From assembly GCA_964016885.1 (NCBI GenBank), contig OZ024741.1:346704001-346768000 (forward strand): 64,000 bases of DNA. The letters are read 5' to 3'. Below the pieces are notes generated by a model. That model worked only from the letters and a program-made list of their open reading frames with translations. It made no database searches and was not told the DNA's origin. Shown here one piece after another: positions 1 through 12,531 of this stretch. A program made the position numbers and the translations under genes. The stretch comes from Eledone cirrhosa (Eukaryota). Positions within the stretch are counted from its first letter, which is position 1. Each line of letters begins with the position of its first letter.

Positions 1-386
1 CTTAGTGGTATTTTTACATTAGTATTCTTGTATTAGTATTTATGTATTAGTATTCTGAATTAATATTTCGTATTAGTTTTTTAGTATGTTTTTCCTCAAC
101 TTATTAGCTTACAACTCATTGTAAGATAGCATTGGCTGATTACTACTAACTATAGCAGTGGTGTTAGACCACCTGTAAAGATGGCCTTATAAAATTCTTA
201 GTGGTATTTTTGCATTAGTATTCTTGTATTAGTATTTATGTATTAATATTCTGAATTAATATTTCGTATTAAATTTTTAGTGTTTTTCCTCAACTTATTA
301 ACCTGTCATTGTAAGATAGCATTGGCTGATTACTACTAACTATAGCAGTGGTGTTAGACCCCCTGTAAAGATGGCTTCATAAAATT
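1..386. repeat. Two diverged tandem copies of a ~196-bp unit
   Basis: cttagtggtattttt...gatggc(c/t)t(t/c)ataaaatt occurs at 1 and 197; it lies upstream of the family A HHR and is probably PLE 3' UTR sequence. Confidence 0.75.
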
Positions 387-859
387 ATTTCACTACAATC
401 CCGTATTTAGCATTTTTCTCCACCTATTAAACTTTTCTATAGCTTAGCAATACCAAGGAGAGATTTGGTGATCGTGGGAATGGAGCAGTAACCAGAAATT
501 GTTTTTTTATATATTTATTTTATATATATATTTTTTTTATATATTTGTTTTTTATATATTTATTTCCTCATTTTTATAATGGCTTTTTTGTTTACTCCCT
601 TTCGATTTACCTATTTTTTCACCCACCCCCCATCCCCTTCTCCAGTACACTGTTTTCGACCTTCTATACTCTATCCTTAGAATCTGGTGTATAGATTTCA
701 ATATCAACGCTTGACTGGGTTTCCCCCACTCCCTCTTTGTTCTACCGGCAAGTTTAGCTACCCCTACCTTCCACTAAATGCTATGATAGAATCATCTGTT
801 ATTACAACAAACCTTTGACCGATCCTTTTCACAATTACTATCTTTCCATATATGGAATT

Positions 860-955
860 ACCCCCTGAGAAGTTCGGCTATTTATTTACCAGGGTAAAAA
901 TTATTATTTAGTCCAGAATTAGCCGTCGAAACGGCTTGAGCTCTGCCGTCGGGGT
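860..955 (+). ncRNA. Type I hammerhead ribozyme, family A pLTR (variant core CUGAGAA)
   Basis: Stem I acccc/ggggt; core ctgagaa at 865; stem II cggcta/tagccg; GAAA at 928; stem III acggc/gccgt; GUC cleavage triplet at 948-950. Confidence 0.7.
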
Positions 956-981
956 CATACTTGTTCCTATATATATATATA

Positions 982-1217
<236 letters not shown>

Positions 1218-1233
1218 TATATATATATTTATA

Positions 1234-1265
<32 letters not shown>

Positions 1266-1271
<6 letters not shown>

Positions 1272-2506
1272 GACGTAAAATAAGAAAATTTTAAAAATTT
1301 AAAGTTAGCTTACTAACATTTTCACTCCAACTAATTAGTTTCTGTAATGGGATAAATATAGTTACACAATATAACTAATGAGAATTCATTACGTCATCAG
1401 GGAGTCTATTCTCAGCTAAGTTCCCAGGCAATGCGCGGACACTAGGAACCCATATAAAAATAATAATTCAGTGGATGTAATAAGCGAGCGAGGACTAAAT
1501 TCCATAGCACTGAAAAAGTTCACTGCCTCTGGTCAATGGCAGATTCTAAAGAATCAATCACGTGACACTGAGGTTAGTCAGTTAGGAGTGGGGTGGTATT
1601 ATGACAAGAGCCTACTACTACTACGACTATGAATTAGCAGTAGATTTGGAAAGTTTTCCCAACAAATAATTTGGAGATAAATATAGAGAATTAGTACATC
1701 TACCAACATATGCGTACAGATGTACACTAATGCTAGCAAATATATAAGTTATGTCAAAGTACCTAGGTGGTTCAATGCAGGGGGATGCAGAACAATTATA
1801 TGAAAGACGTAAAATAAGAAAATTTTAAAAATTAAAATTAACTTACTTACTAAAATTTTCACTCCAACTAATTAGTTTCTGTAATGGGATAAATATAGTT
1901 ACACAATATAACTATCGAGAATTCATTACGTCATCTGTAAGTCTATTCTCAGCTAAGTTCCCAGGCAATGCGCTGACACTAGGAACCCATATAAAAATAA
2001 TAATTCAGTGGATGTAATAAGCTAGCGAGGACTAAATTCCATAGCACTGAAAAAGTTCACTGCCTCTGGTCAATGGCAGATTCTAAAGAATGAATCACGT
2101 GACACTGAGGTTAGTCAGTTAGGAGTGGGGTGGTATTATGACAAGAGCCTACTACTACTACTATGAATTAGCAGTAGATTTGGCAAGTTTGCTCAACAAA
2201 TAATTTGGAGATAAATATAGAGAATTAGTACATCTACCAACATATGCGTACAGATGTACACTAATGCTAGCAAATATATAAGTTATGTCAAAGTACCTAG
2301 GTGGTTCTATGCAAGGGGCTGCAGAACAATTATATGAAAGACGTAAAATAAGAAAATTTTATAAATTAAAAATTAACTTACTAAAATTTTCACTCCAACT
2401 AATTAGTTTTTGTAATGGGATAAATATAGTTACACAATATAACTATAGAGAATTCATTACGTCATCAGGTCTGTACGCATATGTTGGTAGATGTACTAAT
2501 TCTCTC
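1266..2506 (-). mobile_element. ORF-less tandem HHR element, family K (~534-bp unit x2.3 plus inverted end)
   Basis: Units start at about 1266, 1800 and 2333; minus-strand HHR motif in each; 2470-2506 is an inverted copy of about 2219-2254; (TA)n on both sides. Confidence 0.8.
1324..1405 (-). ncRNA. Type I hammerhead ribozyme, family K
   Basis: Minus strand reads actcc CTGATGA cgtaatg...cattaca GAAA ctaattag TT ggagt; copies at 1861-1942 and 2392-2468 carry core or stem mutations. Confidence 0.85.
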
Positions 2507-2540
2507 TCTCTCTATATATATATATATGTATATATATATA

Positions 2541-5500
2541 TAACTTTGAAATGTTTTGGCCAGTATTGGCCCAGGCCATGTCTAACTTAATAGCACCACA
2601 TGGCGAAGTCTTTCAATTCAGGATTTGGGCACTATGGCCCATTCGAGAAGGGAATTACTGTTTGCGGAGACATATCCGGGTGTGGGTGGTTTGTCCGGGA
2701 TTACTTGGAGGAATTTGTCCAAAGACTTCTTGAATTTTGTGTGGCCAGTTTCTGTTTTGACGTGTCCTGGTATGTTGTTGAAGAGAGCAGGGCCAATTGA
2801 GGTGAAATAATTGTGCCGTATTGTTGTTATGAGTTGCGATTTAGATTTTTGTTTGGGACGGATAGCACGGGGCCCAAGCCTTGGGTGTATTTTGAAGGTG
2901 ATGCCAACATCATTTGGGCAGTGCTGATGAAATATTTTCCACATCATGCAGATAAAATAACGCTCACGGCAACGTTGGAGTGAGTAAGTTTCAGCTTTTC
3001 TAGTCGACCCCAGTAGTCAAGGTCTAACATGCCATCCATCTTTTTCGTGGTTGCCCTTTGGGGAGCTTCAAGTTTCATGATACTTTGTTTCGTGTAGGGA
3101 GACCACAGTGGACAACAGTATTCAAGGTGTGGTCGGGCAAAAGTGGAAAAGAGAAGGATAATGGTGTGGGAATCTCTCGACTGGAAGGTTCTGAGGATCC
3201 AGGAACACATTCTGCGGGCCATGTCAACTTTGCTGCTTATATGCGTGGCCCAGATTATGTTGTTGTCCACAGTTACTCCCAAGTCTCTGATGTTGTTAGA
3301 TGCCACGAGAATTTCACCGGAGAGAAGGGAGTATGGGAGATTCAGAGCATCCTCTTTTCCAAAGTGGATCAGTTCGAATTTGTCTTCGTTCAGTAATATG
3401 TTGTTCTTTTCCGCCCATTGGGTAACAACCAGTAGGTCTGACTGAAGGCTTATCCAGTCATCCACGCCATTGGTGACCTTCTGGAGCTTGGAATCATCAG
3501 AGAAAATTCTAATGTTGCTGTGTTTGATGATGTCAGTGATGTCATTAATATAGATGATGAAGATAAGTGGGCCCAACACAGTGCCTTGTGGGACTCCACT
3601 ACTGACTTTGGCTGGGCTGGATTTGACTCATTCGACTACAACATGTTGGGTTCTGTTTGACAGGAAGCACATGATGCACTGCAGCAGCTTTCCAGTGACA
3701 CCAGTATTGGACAGCTTTCTCAGTAGAATGTTGTGATCAACCCTGTCAAAGGCCTTACTGAAATCAAGGTAGATAACATCAGTGTTGGAACCCTCTCCCA
3801 AGGCTCTCAAAATGTCATCAAAGTTATGCAGTAGCTGTGACAGGCAATCCCTTCCATTACGGAATCCATGCTGGTTGGAGTTCAGCATATTGTTACTCTC
3901 AAGGAAGTGAGACATTCACGATCTCACCACTCTCTCAAATACCTTAATGATATGAGAGGTGAGTGAGATTGGACGGTAATTCACGGCAAGGGATTTGTTG
4001 TTTTTTTTGAAAACTGGGACAACAGACTGGGATAGAATGTTTTCTGGCACATATCCAGCATCCAGTGAGTTCCGCCACAGATTGGCAAGAGGAGATGCAA
4101 GTTGGTGTTGACACACCTTCAAGACACAAGCAGGGAACCTATCGGGACCTACTGCTGAATTATGCTTGATTTCCTTTATTGCCGCTAAGACATCAGGGGC
4201 GCCAAACGTTATGTCCGATAAGGTGTAATGGGGAGTAACATCGCCGATACAGCCCAGATCGGCCATATCAGGATTGCTGAAAACAGAGCAGTATTGTTTC
4301 TGCAGTATCTCACCCATGGTTTTAGCATTGTCTTGAAGAGTGCCATTTTCATCAATTAGAGGGCCAACAGTAGAGCCAGTGATTTTGTGGGTTTTATTGC
4401 AAATGAAAAGAACACTTTGGGATTGAGTTTGATCTTCTCAATGGCCCAGGCCTATTTAGCTCTTCTCTGATTGTTGATGATAGACATCATATTGTTTTGG
4501 CGGTTATGTTTTTTAATCTCTAGCGATGAAATGGCAGTCAAGTTGATGTGTTGCTGCTGACAGTATTTCAGCGTGTTGATTTTTTTGTTAGTTCTCTTAA
4601 TTTTCCTGATGAGCGTTTTTCTATTTCTAGGGATTCTGCTTTTAGATTTGTTTATAGTTCTTTCTTAATGGGGTGTGTTTTGCACATATGTTTGTAACAG
4701 TGGCCACAAATGTCTGCCAGGACTTTTTGATGTTAGTGGGTGTGTGAGTGTGCGTGAAGGACCAGTCGACATGTGCAAGATCATGATTGATCGCTTCCCA
4801 GTTTGCATTGTGGAAATCCATAGCGTCAAACGGATGGACAGGAGAGATGACATTGGGTTTGTATATTGGACGGTGGAATCTCAGATCACAGAGAACCATG
4901 TCATGATCAGAGAGTAGAGTTTTCTCCACGGCAATGTTGTTGATAGTGTCAGTGTGATTGCTGAAAATTAAGTCTAGGACGTTTTTGTTGCACCTCGTTG
5001 GTTCGAGCACCAGTTGAGACTGGAAGAAATCATCCATGAAGTCAAGAAGCGATTCCACTGCTTCCCTGTCAGAGGTTGAGGCAGAAGAACCTGGTGGCAG
5101 GCTCTTTGTGGACCAGTCAACTCCGGGGAGGTTGAATTCCCCCATCATTAAGATGTTGTCAGGGTGACACTCTTGGATGAAACACTTTATGCTGTTGAGG
5201 CATTCCTTGAAGCATGGAAGAGGCGTTTGGGGTGGCCTATAGAGCCCAACTAATATTAGGTTGTTGGTTTGACTGAATACAGTGACTGCTTCGCAGTATC
5301 CATTAGAAAATATGTTCATAGCCTCTGTTGAGAAAGAATTATGGACATAAATGGCAGTCCCACTCTTTCTTCTGCCAGCGCGATCATCACGGATGGCTTT
5401 GAAATTTTTCACTTTCACCTCGGCTTCCAAGTGGAGGTTACTGAGATGGGTTTCAGTGAGGACCAAGAAAAGGGTGTGGTTTGGATGGACATCAACCCAG

Positions 5501-5572
5501 TCCTCCAGGAATTTGATCTTCCATTTTTTAGTATTGGTGGAAGGGCTGATGCCTTGGGCGTTAAGCAAAAAT
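2541..5572 (-). mobile_element. Decayed non-LTR retrotransposon (CR1 group; CR1/L2/Crack-like), ORF2 only
   Basis: APE endonuclease (LTETHL, GLYRPP, MGEFNLP, VLDLIF, SDH) at 4642-5568; RT motifs NYRPISLTS, QHGFR, YLDFSKAFD, GVPQGTVLGP and FSDD; C-terminal RPHLEYC..WSPY; (TA)n at both ends; no ORF1 seen. Confidence 0.9.
2618..5568 (-). pseudogene. LINE ORF2 (APE + RT) broken by stops and frameshifts
   Basis: Collinear fragments 4642-5568, 3916-4317, 3628-3915, 2944-3579 and 2618-2947. Confidence 0.88.
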
Positions 5573-5638
5573 GTATATAAATATATAATATATATATATA
5601 TATATATTATATATATAAATTATAATATATAAATTATA

Positions 5639-5669
<31 letters not shown>

Positions 5670-5675
5670 ATATAT

Positions 5676-5739
<64 letters not shown>

Positions 5740-5742
<3 letters not shown>

Positions 5743-5942
5743 GGAACCAGTAAGACCCCGACGGCTGAGCTCAAGCCGTTTCGACGGCTAATTCTGGACT
5801 AATTTAGTCCAGAATTAGCCGTCGAAACGGCTTGAGCTCAGCCGTCGGGGTCTTACTGGTTCCTATTACCCACTCTACTACCCCAATTATTGAGTACTTT
5901 GGTGCGTTATGGTCCACCTGGTTCCTTACCACATTTCCTTCG

Positions 5943-5945
<3 letters not shown>
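5740..5945 (+). mobile_element. Family A pLTR fragment with perfect 63-bp-arm palindrome (5740-5866) containing the HHR 3' half
   Basis: taggaacc...ggactaa t ttagtcc...ggttccta; the right arm matches 908-955. Confidence 0.8.
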
Positions 5946-5983
<38 letters not shown>

Positions 5984-6305
5984 TATATATATTCATGTAT
6001 ATATGTGTGTGTCCGCATGTTTCTGTGTGTTTCTAAATATATTAATAACTCCCTCTGGTCGAGCAATCTTTGAAGTGTGGGAACAACTGGAAAGCTTCCA
6101 TTACTCATACTTCTCGCCTTCTTCACTACCTCTTCTACGGCCTCGATATGAATACCCCCTCCGCCTCTGTGGTATTTTCTTCGTGGTTATAAGAGGCTTA
6201 GCTCTGTTTCTCGACCGTTATATCGCGTGACTATCTCCCCCTCCGCCTTTTGGGATTCTTTCTCACGTCGTGTAGACGCGTTCTTGAGACTAGTAAAATG
6301 AGGTA

Positions 6306-6393
6306 TCCTCTTGATAAGTCGGCAGACCTCGCAAGGACTCTATATCTTTGATATATTGTTTTTGTTTATGCCACGAAACTACGTAGTCGAGGA
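6306..6393 (+). ncRNA. Type I hammerhead ribozyme with U3-A8 core (UUGAUAA)
   Basis: tcctc TTGATAA gtcggca...tgccac GAAA ctacgtag TC gagga; palindromic stem III. Confidence 0.72.
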
Positions 6394-6462
6394 ATTTAGG
6401 AACAGTTTAGGTATGATACATTTTATTACTAATTATATCTAAATGTTTCTTCTCTCTTCATA

Positions 6463-6511
<49 letters not shown>

Positions 6512-6522
6512 TAATATATGTA

Positions 6523-6594
<72 letters not shown>

Positions 6595-6610
6595 TATATA
6601 TATATAATAT

Positions 6611-7251
6611 AGTTTTAATATAGATGAGATTCTACAGGCTAGAACTGTTTCATTCTTTAGAAATCATCAGGAATCTGGGTATCAAAAAATAAATATGGTA
6701 TTTATAGGTCTCTACAAGTGGTAGGAGAGGGTGGGGAGTGGGATGGGTGTAGGTCATTGGTTGATAGAAAAGGAATTCAATAAAAGCTAATTCTACAAAG
6801 CTATAGTTTATTTGTATTAATTTTTGTTTTTAGTAACAAAGGCAGACAGAATTCTATAAACAGGTTCCGGATGGCATACCATTCCTTGTCATTAAGTTTC
6901 TCTTAAGCTAACAGATGTCTATAAGATCAGTGGGGGGGGGGGGGTCAGCCATGGTAGATAGAATTAAAGGAAAGGGAGATTCTTTAAAAGCTAAATTCAT
7001 TAAGGTTCTACTAAGTGACAAAGGTTTAGAGAATTCTGTAGACAGATTCAAAATACTGAGTGCATATCTTACAATTATCTTCGAACTTCTCTTAAACTAA
7101 TCAACTATATGCCAAAAATCAACAGACACATTCACAAAAAAACACACTCACTAACACACTCGCGCGCAACCATAAACACACATACACATACACATATACA
7201 CACATAAAAACACACACACATATATATAAACATATTTATATACATATATAT

Positions 7252-7287
<36 letters not shown>

Positions 7288-7450
7288 ACACACATACATA
7301 TATACACACACACACACACGTATATACACATATATATATACACTCACACACATACATACATACACACAAATATACATGTGTATACAAATACATACATATA
7401 CACATACATATATATATATACACACATATATATATATATATATAATACAT
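6611..7450 (-). mobile_element. Family E PLE 3' UTR/pLTR (inverted partner of 23885-24825)
   Basis: Reverse complement of about 23900-24760; HHR at 6627-6676. Confidence 0.8.
6627..6676 (-). ncRNA. Type I hammerhead ribozyme, family E
   Basis: agattc CTGATGA tttctaaagaat GAAA cagttctagcctg TA gaatct; further copies at 24694-24744 (+) and 31187-31239 (+). Confidence 0.85.
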
Positions 7451-7630
7451 ACATCTGCCTGTAGAGGTGTTTATATGTGCCTGCGTATATGCGTATATTT
7501 GAGTACTTATTTATTTGTATGTGTATATATTTGTGTGTATGTGTGTATATGTATGTGTATGTATATATATATATCTATGTGTGTATATGTGTTTTATGTG
7601 TGTATATTTATGTATGTATATATATGTATA

Positions 7631-7685
<55 letters not shown>

Positions 7686-7793
7686 ATATATGTGTATGTA
7701 TGTGTATGTGTATGTATGTATATATGTATATATATATATATATATATGTGTATGTGTGTGTGTGTGTGTATATATACATGTGTGTGTGTGCAG

Positions 7794-7904
<111 letters not shown>

Positions 7905-8224
7905 CGTGAGAGAGAGTGTGTGTATATATATTTGTGTGTGTGTGTGTGTATGTGTGTATGCGTGTATATATATATATATGTATATTTGTGTGTATATATG
8001 CGTATATATGTTTGTATATATGTGTATATTTATGTATATGTCTGTGTATGTATGTGTATATATGTATATATATAGATATATATATATATATTTATATATA
8101 TGCATGTGTATGTGTGTGTGTGTCTGTGTGTATATATGTGTATATGTGTGCGTATATATGTGTGTGTATATGTATGTATGTATATGTATATATGTGTATG
8201 TATACATATAGTTTATATTAATTA

Positions 8225-8538
8225 GTCTATATTAATTTTAACAATACTATTCTTGTCTTTACTCTACATGATTGTCGATCAAGCAGAAATAGAGAACAGA
8301 TTTCAATATATTAATAAAAATAAAAATAAAAATAAAAATAAAAATAAAAATAAAAATAAAGGCATAACATATTGTTAATATGATATCCCTGAAATATATA
8401 TAATGAAATAAATATGGTTTTATAAATATAGTTTCCATTTATTTAATATCATAAATATACTCCAAATACTTGTTGAGTGCTTTTATATCAGTTATAAATA
8501 TTTACTCGTTGTTAACCCAACAATTTAAATATAACTTT

Positions 8539-8589
<51 letters not shown>

Positions 8590-8770
8590 TATCTACACAT
8601 ATATATATATATATACAAATATACATATACACATATATACATACACACACACACAATATATATACACATATATACATATACACACACACACACACATACA
8701 TACACACATACACACACACATACACACATACATACATACATATACAAATATATATACATATATACATATA

Positions 8771-8790
<20 letters not shown>
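8225..8790. repeat. Family B-related pLTR fragments plus compound microsatellite; inverted copy at 22505-23075
   Basis: Reverse-complement match includes the (TAAAAA)n run and the CA/TA microsatellite pattern. Confidence 0.75.
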
Positions 8791-8821
<31 letters not shown>

Positions 8822-10254
8822 GCAAAAGTTTTATTTAAAATTGTTGGGTTACAACGAGTAAATATTTTATAACTGATATAAAAGCACTCAACAGTTTCTG
8901 GAGTAGGTTTACGATATTAAACAAATGGAAACTATATTTATAAAACCATATTTATTTCGTTATATATATTTCTGGGATATCATATTAAAAATATGGTATG
9001 CCTTCCTCAGACAAAATACAATACATAAGCTGTTTTATAAATAATTTTGACATACCTTATAATAATGCAACTTCCATTTAAAAAGTTGATTTGGTAGTGA
9101 AACTGTTATGACAGTTATATAGAAAGAAAAACGAAGATGAAGAGATGTATGTAAATAAAAAAGAAGAAGATGAAGAGATGTATGTAAAGAAAAACAACAG
9201 AGCGAGATAGAGAGAGAAGGAGATATGGGAGAGAGAAATACATTGAGGAAGTGAAAAAATATAGTAGGCAGCTTTTGGACATATGATCATCGTATATGTG
9301 AGAGGTTAAGGAGGGAAGGGATACAGTTAAACTAGCCGACACATAAATCACGTCCAGTGTAGAAGAAAAAAAGAAAGAAAGATGATATATTTAAAATATA
9401 TTAAAAATATATTATGTCTCATCCAATTGAATTATCAATTTTTATGAATTAGGTATTATAATGTAAATATCAGTATTCATGAATGAGACACATATCCATA
9501 ATGTGTGAAAAAATGACCCCATGCTTAGTTTAAAAATTCTTAGGTCTACAAGCAAAATCTGAGACAAAACTTCAAACATAAGTATATATGCATTCTCATG
9601 AAAAAAGAAAAAAGAGAAAGGAGAAGGTTATCTCAAATTCAAGTTGATAATTATAGACACACATGTGAACTTACGTGATATGCTCCACAGATTCTTATAT
9701 TTCATGAAAATCTTCATTGCGTTACAAAAGATTCCACCCTACATATATTTACATACATATATACATTTATATATACATAAAATATATAAGATATACATTA
9801 ACATTTAAAGTAACATTCCTGCCTCACTTGCATGATTATCGATCAAGCATAGAATAGACAACAGATATCAATATTAAAAATTAAAAACGCCAAGAATATC
9901 TTCGTCACTCCACAGAGTATCTAGGGACGCAAGAGAACATAGTATGCCACGCATATCAGTCACATAAAATCAGAATCAAAAGCAAACAAAACCAAAATTG
10001 TTCACCAAGCCTTATTTAGCAGAAATCATTCAAAACTTATTCTACAAATGCTCTTATATTTATTATAGAAGTTTATCCAGCTTAAAAATTTATTCAAAAG
10101 ATTGGGAACATCGCCAATTTTAGGGTAGTTTATTTAATCTCATTAATTATATATTCATGCAGAAAGGTTTTTAAAAAAATTGAAGGAATCGAAAGATTTA
10201 TCGCCAAGTTTCATAAATAGTTAAATATCTTAAGTAAATATACTACATTTTATA

Positions 10255-12480
10255 CTACATTTTAAATTTATATTTATATTTAAAAGTTGAGTTCAATCTA
10301 TGTCTGCAGCAGCTGAATAAATTGGTTCGTAAATTAAGGGAATTTTTAGATTTTAGTATAAAGAATATCTCCTCCGCGCAGAGGTCACATGTCTCAGAAG
10401 AGGAATTAAAAGGAATCCCTTTTGAGACTATATTCCAAACCATCGAATATCCAACTTTATCATGTTTAAGTTGCCAGAGTAAGCCTGACAGCGATGTTGA
10501 AGATTTTTTATTTGGATCCGTGAAATAATTTTTGTGATTATTATAGTGAAGTTTAAATTCTGTCGAGGTGGAACCAACATAATTAAAAGAATTTAAATCA
10601 GTTTTAACATTACAGTTGTATATTATATTTTTAACTAAGCAATTGTTATTTAGCGGACATTTAGATCTATCTCTACAGTTACAGTTTTTTACTTGAATAT
10701 TGTTTAGGCTATTTTCGGTATTTTGGCTAGGTTTTAGATTCCTATTATTTATTCTATTAATATTTTGTGCTAAATTTTTGGTGGACGAGTACGTTAATTT
10801 TATAGTATGTCTATTGAAAATTGAGTGATACTTATGTGTTCTAGGGAAGCGTTTGTCAAGAGCATTAAAAAATAGTTTAGCGATGTGGGTTTTAATGTTT
10901 AGTGAGAAAGGGGGGGCAAACCATATTATATTTCTAGTTCTATTTCTTTTCTAGTTTTTGGAATTATTGTAGTGCTTTCTATTATAGTTGTTAAAGTTGT
11001 TACTGTAATTAAAATTGTTGTTATTTTGGTTAGTTTGTCTATTATCGATGTACATAATTGTATCACTATATCCTGCTCTAGCTAACGCTTCATTATAATA
11101 CTGGGCTTTTTCGTCAAAAATATTTTTATTGGAAGAGATTCTAGAGATACGTTTTTGAACAAAGTTCACTATAGTATTTTTGACAGATCTGGGGTGATTG
11201 GAGCTAAAATTGACATAATTCAAGTTTTCATTTAACTTGTGAAATGGATAGTGAAGACATGTGTTGAGATTTAATGTTACGTCTAGGAAATTGACTATTC
11301 TATGGTTATTCTCAATTTCTATTTTTAGATTAAGGTAATTAAAAAATTGTATAATTTGTTTTCTTTTCTTATTTAGTTCAGAGTTATTATTTTCAATAAG
11401 TAAAAGCATGTCATCTCTATATAAACCTGCGGTAACACCGGGTATTTTCCTATGCAGCGAATTAATTATAAATAGGCCCACAAGGTCCGTTACCTGAGCT
11501 GAGTCTGATGATCCCATAGTAATGTCGAAATTATTATCTCTATCTGCCCTAGTCCATAGTTGGTTATTAAATTCTATCAATGTTTTCCTTGACGATAATA
11601 TAATGTGCATTTCATTGCTAGTTAGTTCTGTATGCTTGAATGCGTAATTTAGTGCCTTATTTAGTAGATTAGGGGTAATGGATGAATAGTAGATAGCAAT
11701 ATCTAGTTGAATAAATTTATTATTATTGTTATATTTAATTTCATTAAACCACTCAATGACCTCCCCAGTTCCCTTCCACAAGGTCAAGCCAGGTAAACAA
11801 TTCAAGTCCTTAATTTGCTGTATCACTCTGTCTAGAATGTTCTTGCTAAGTTTACCCAGGTCAGATTTTGATGGTGCAATCAACCTGACTGGCAAGTCAT
11901 TTTCAAAATTTCTCTTGTGATCTTTCATATTGATCTTGGGTTTCCTGGGCACGAAAGGTTGTGTTTTGTTCTCAATTTCCAACTCATGCATTATACAAGA
12001 TGCCTCAACATTCATTTTCTCAAGTTCAGCCTTATCTGCTACCTTGTACTTTTTCCTTAGTTCTTTCAGTATGAGGCCATTATACATGTCTTTTTCCACT
12101 CCATAGAGGTTGTTGGTTTTGTCCGATTTCACCAAGATCTTCTCTGTTCTCTCTAAGCTCGCAATGTTATCCTTAATGCTTTCCAGATATTCCTGGCCAT
12201 TGAAGTTTCTCTTGAATCTGACTCCTTGTATGATAGAAATTATATCGTTTTCAAAATCATTCAAAAGTTAGTTGGGGGGTGGATTTTTTTTAGATTTAAA
12301 GACTCTGTCTAGGTCTGAGACATTTTCATTTACATTAGATTTAGATTTATCAAAGTGGAATGCACGCCACCTGATTCTCCTTATAAAGGAGTCTGATTTA
12401 TCTATTAGTTGTTTAATAAAGTCCTTGTTTCTAGGTAGAGGTATGTCTTTTAGAGAAGAAGAGATCTTAAAGTATTCCAT
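10255..12480 (-). pseudogene. PLE B RT-GIY-YIG ORF, 741 codons with two in-frame stops and no frameshift
   Basis: MEYFKISSSLKDIP...RRIRW...SDKT...QLDI..YYSSI...MGSSDS...YRDD...NFLDV...CNCRDRSKCPL...IIY...YVGST...CDLC...CRH; TAA at 12268-12270 and TAG at 10951-10953. Confidence 0.9.
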
Positions 12481-12531
12481 TTTCTCAGTTATAATATAAA
12501 GCGCTCAACGGTATTGGAGCAACATTTTTGA

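Noticed and set aside
10255-12480. Selenocysteine recoding as in Naiad PLEs
   Set aside because: The internal stops are TAA and TAG rather than TGA, and the endonuclease is C-terminal.
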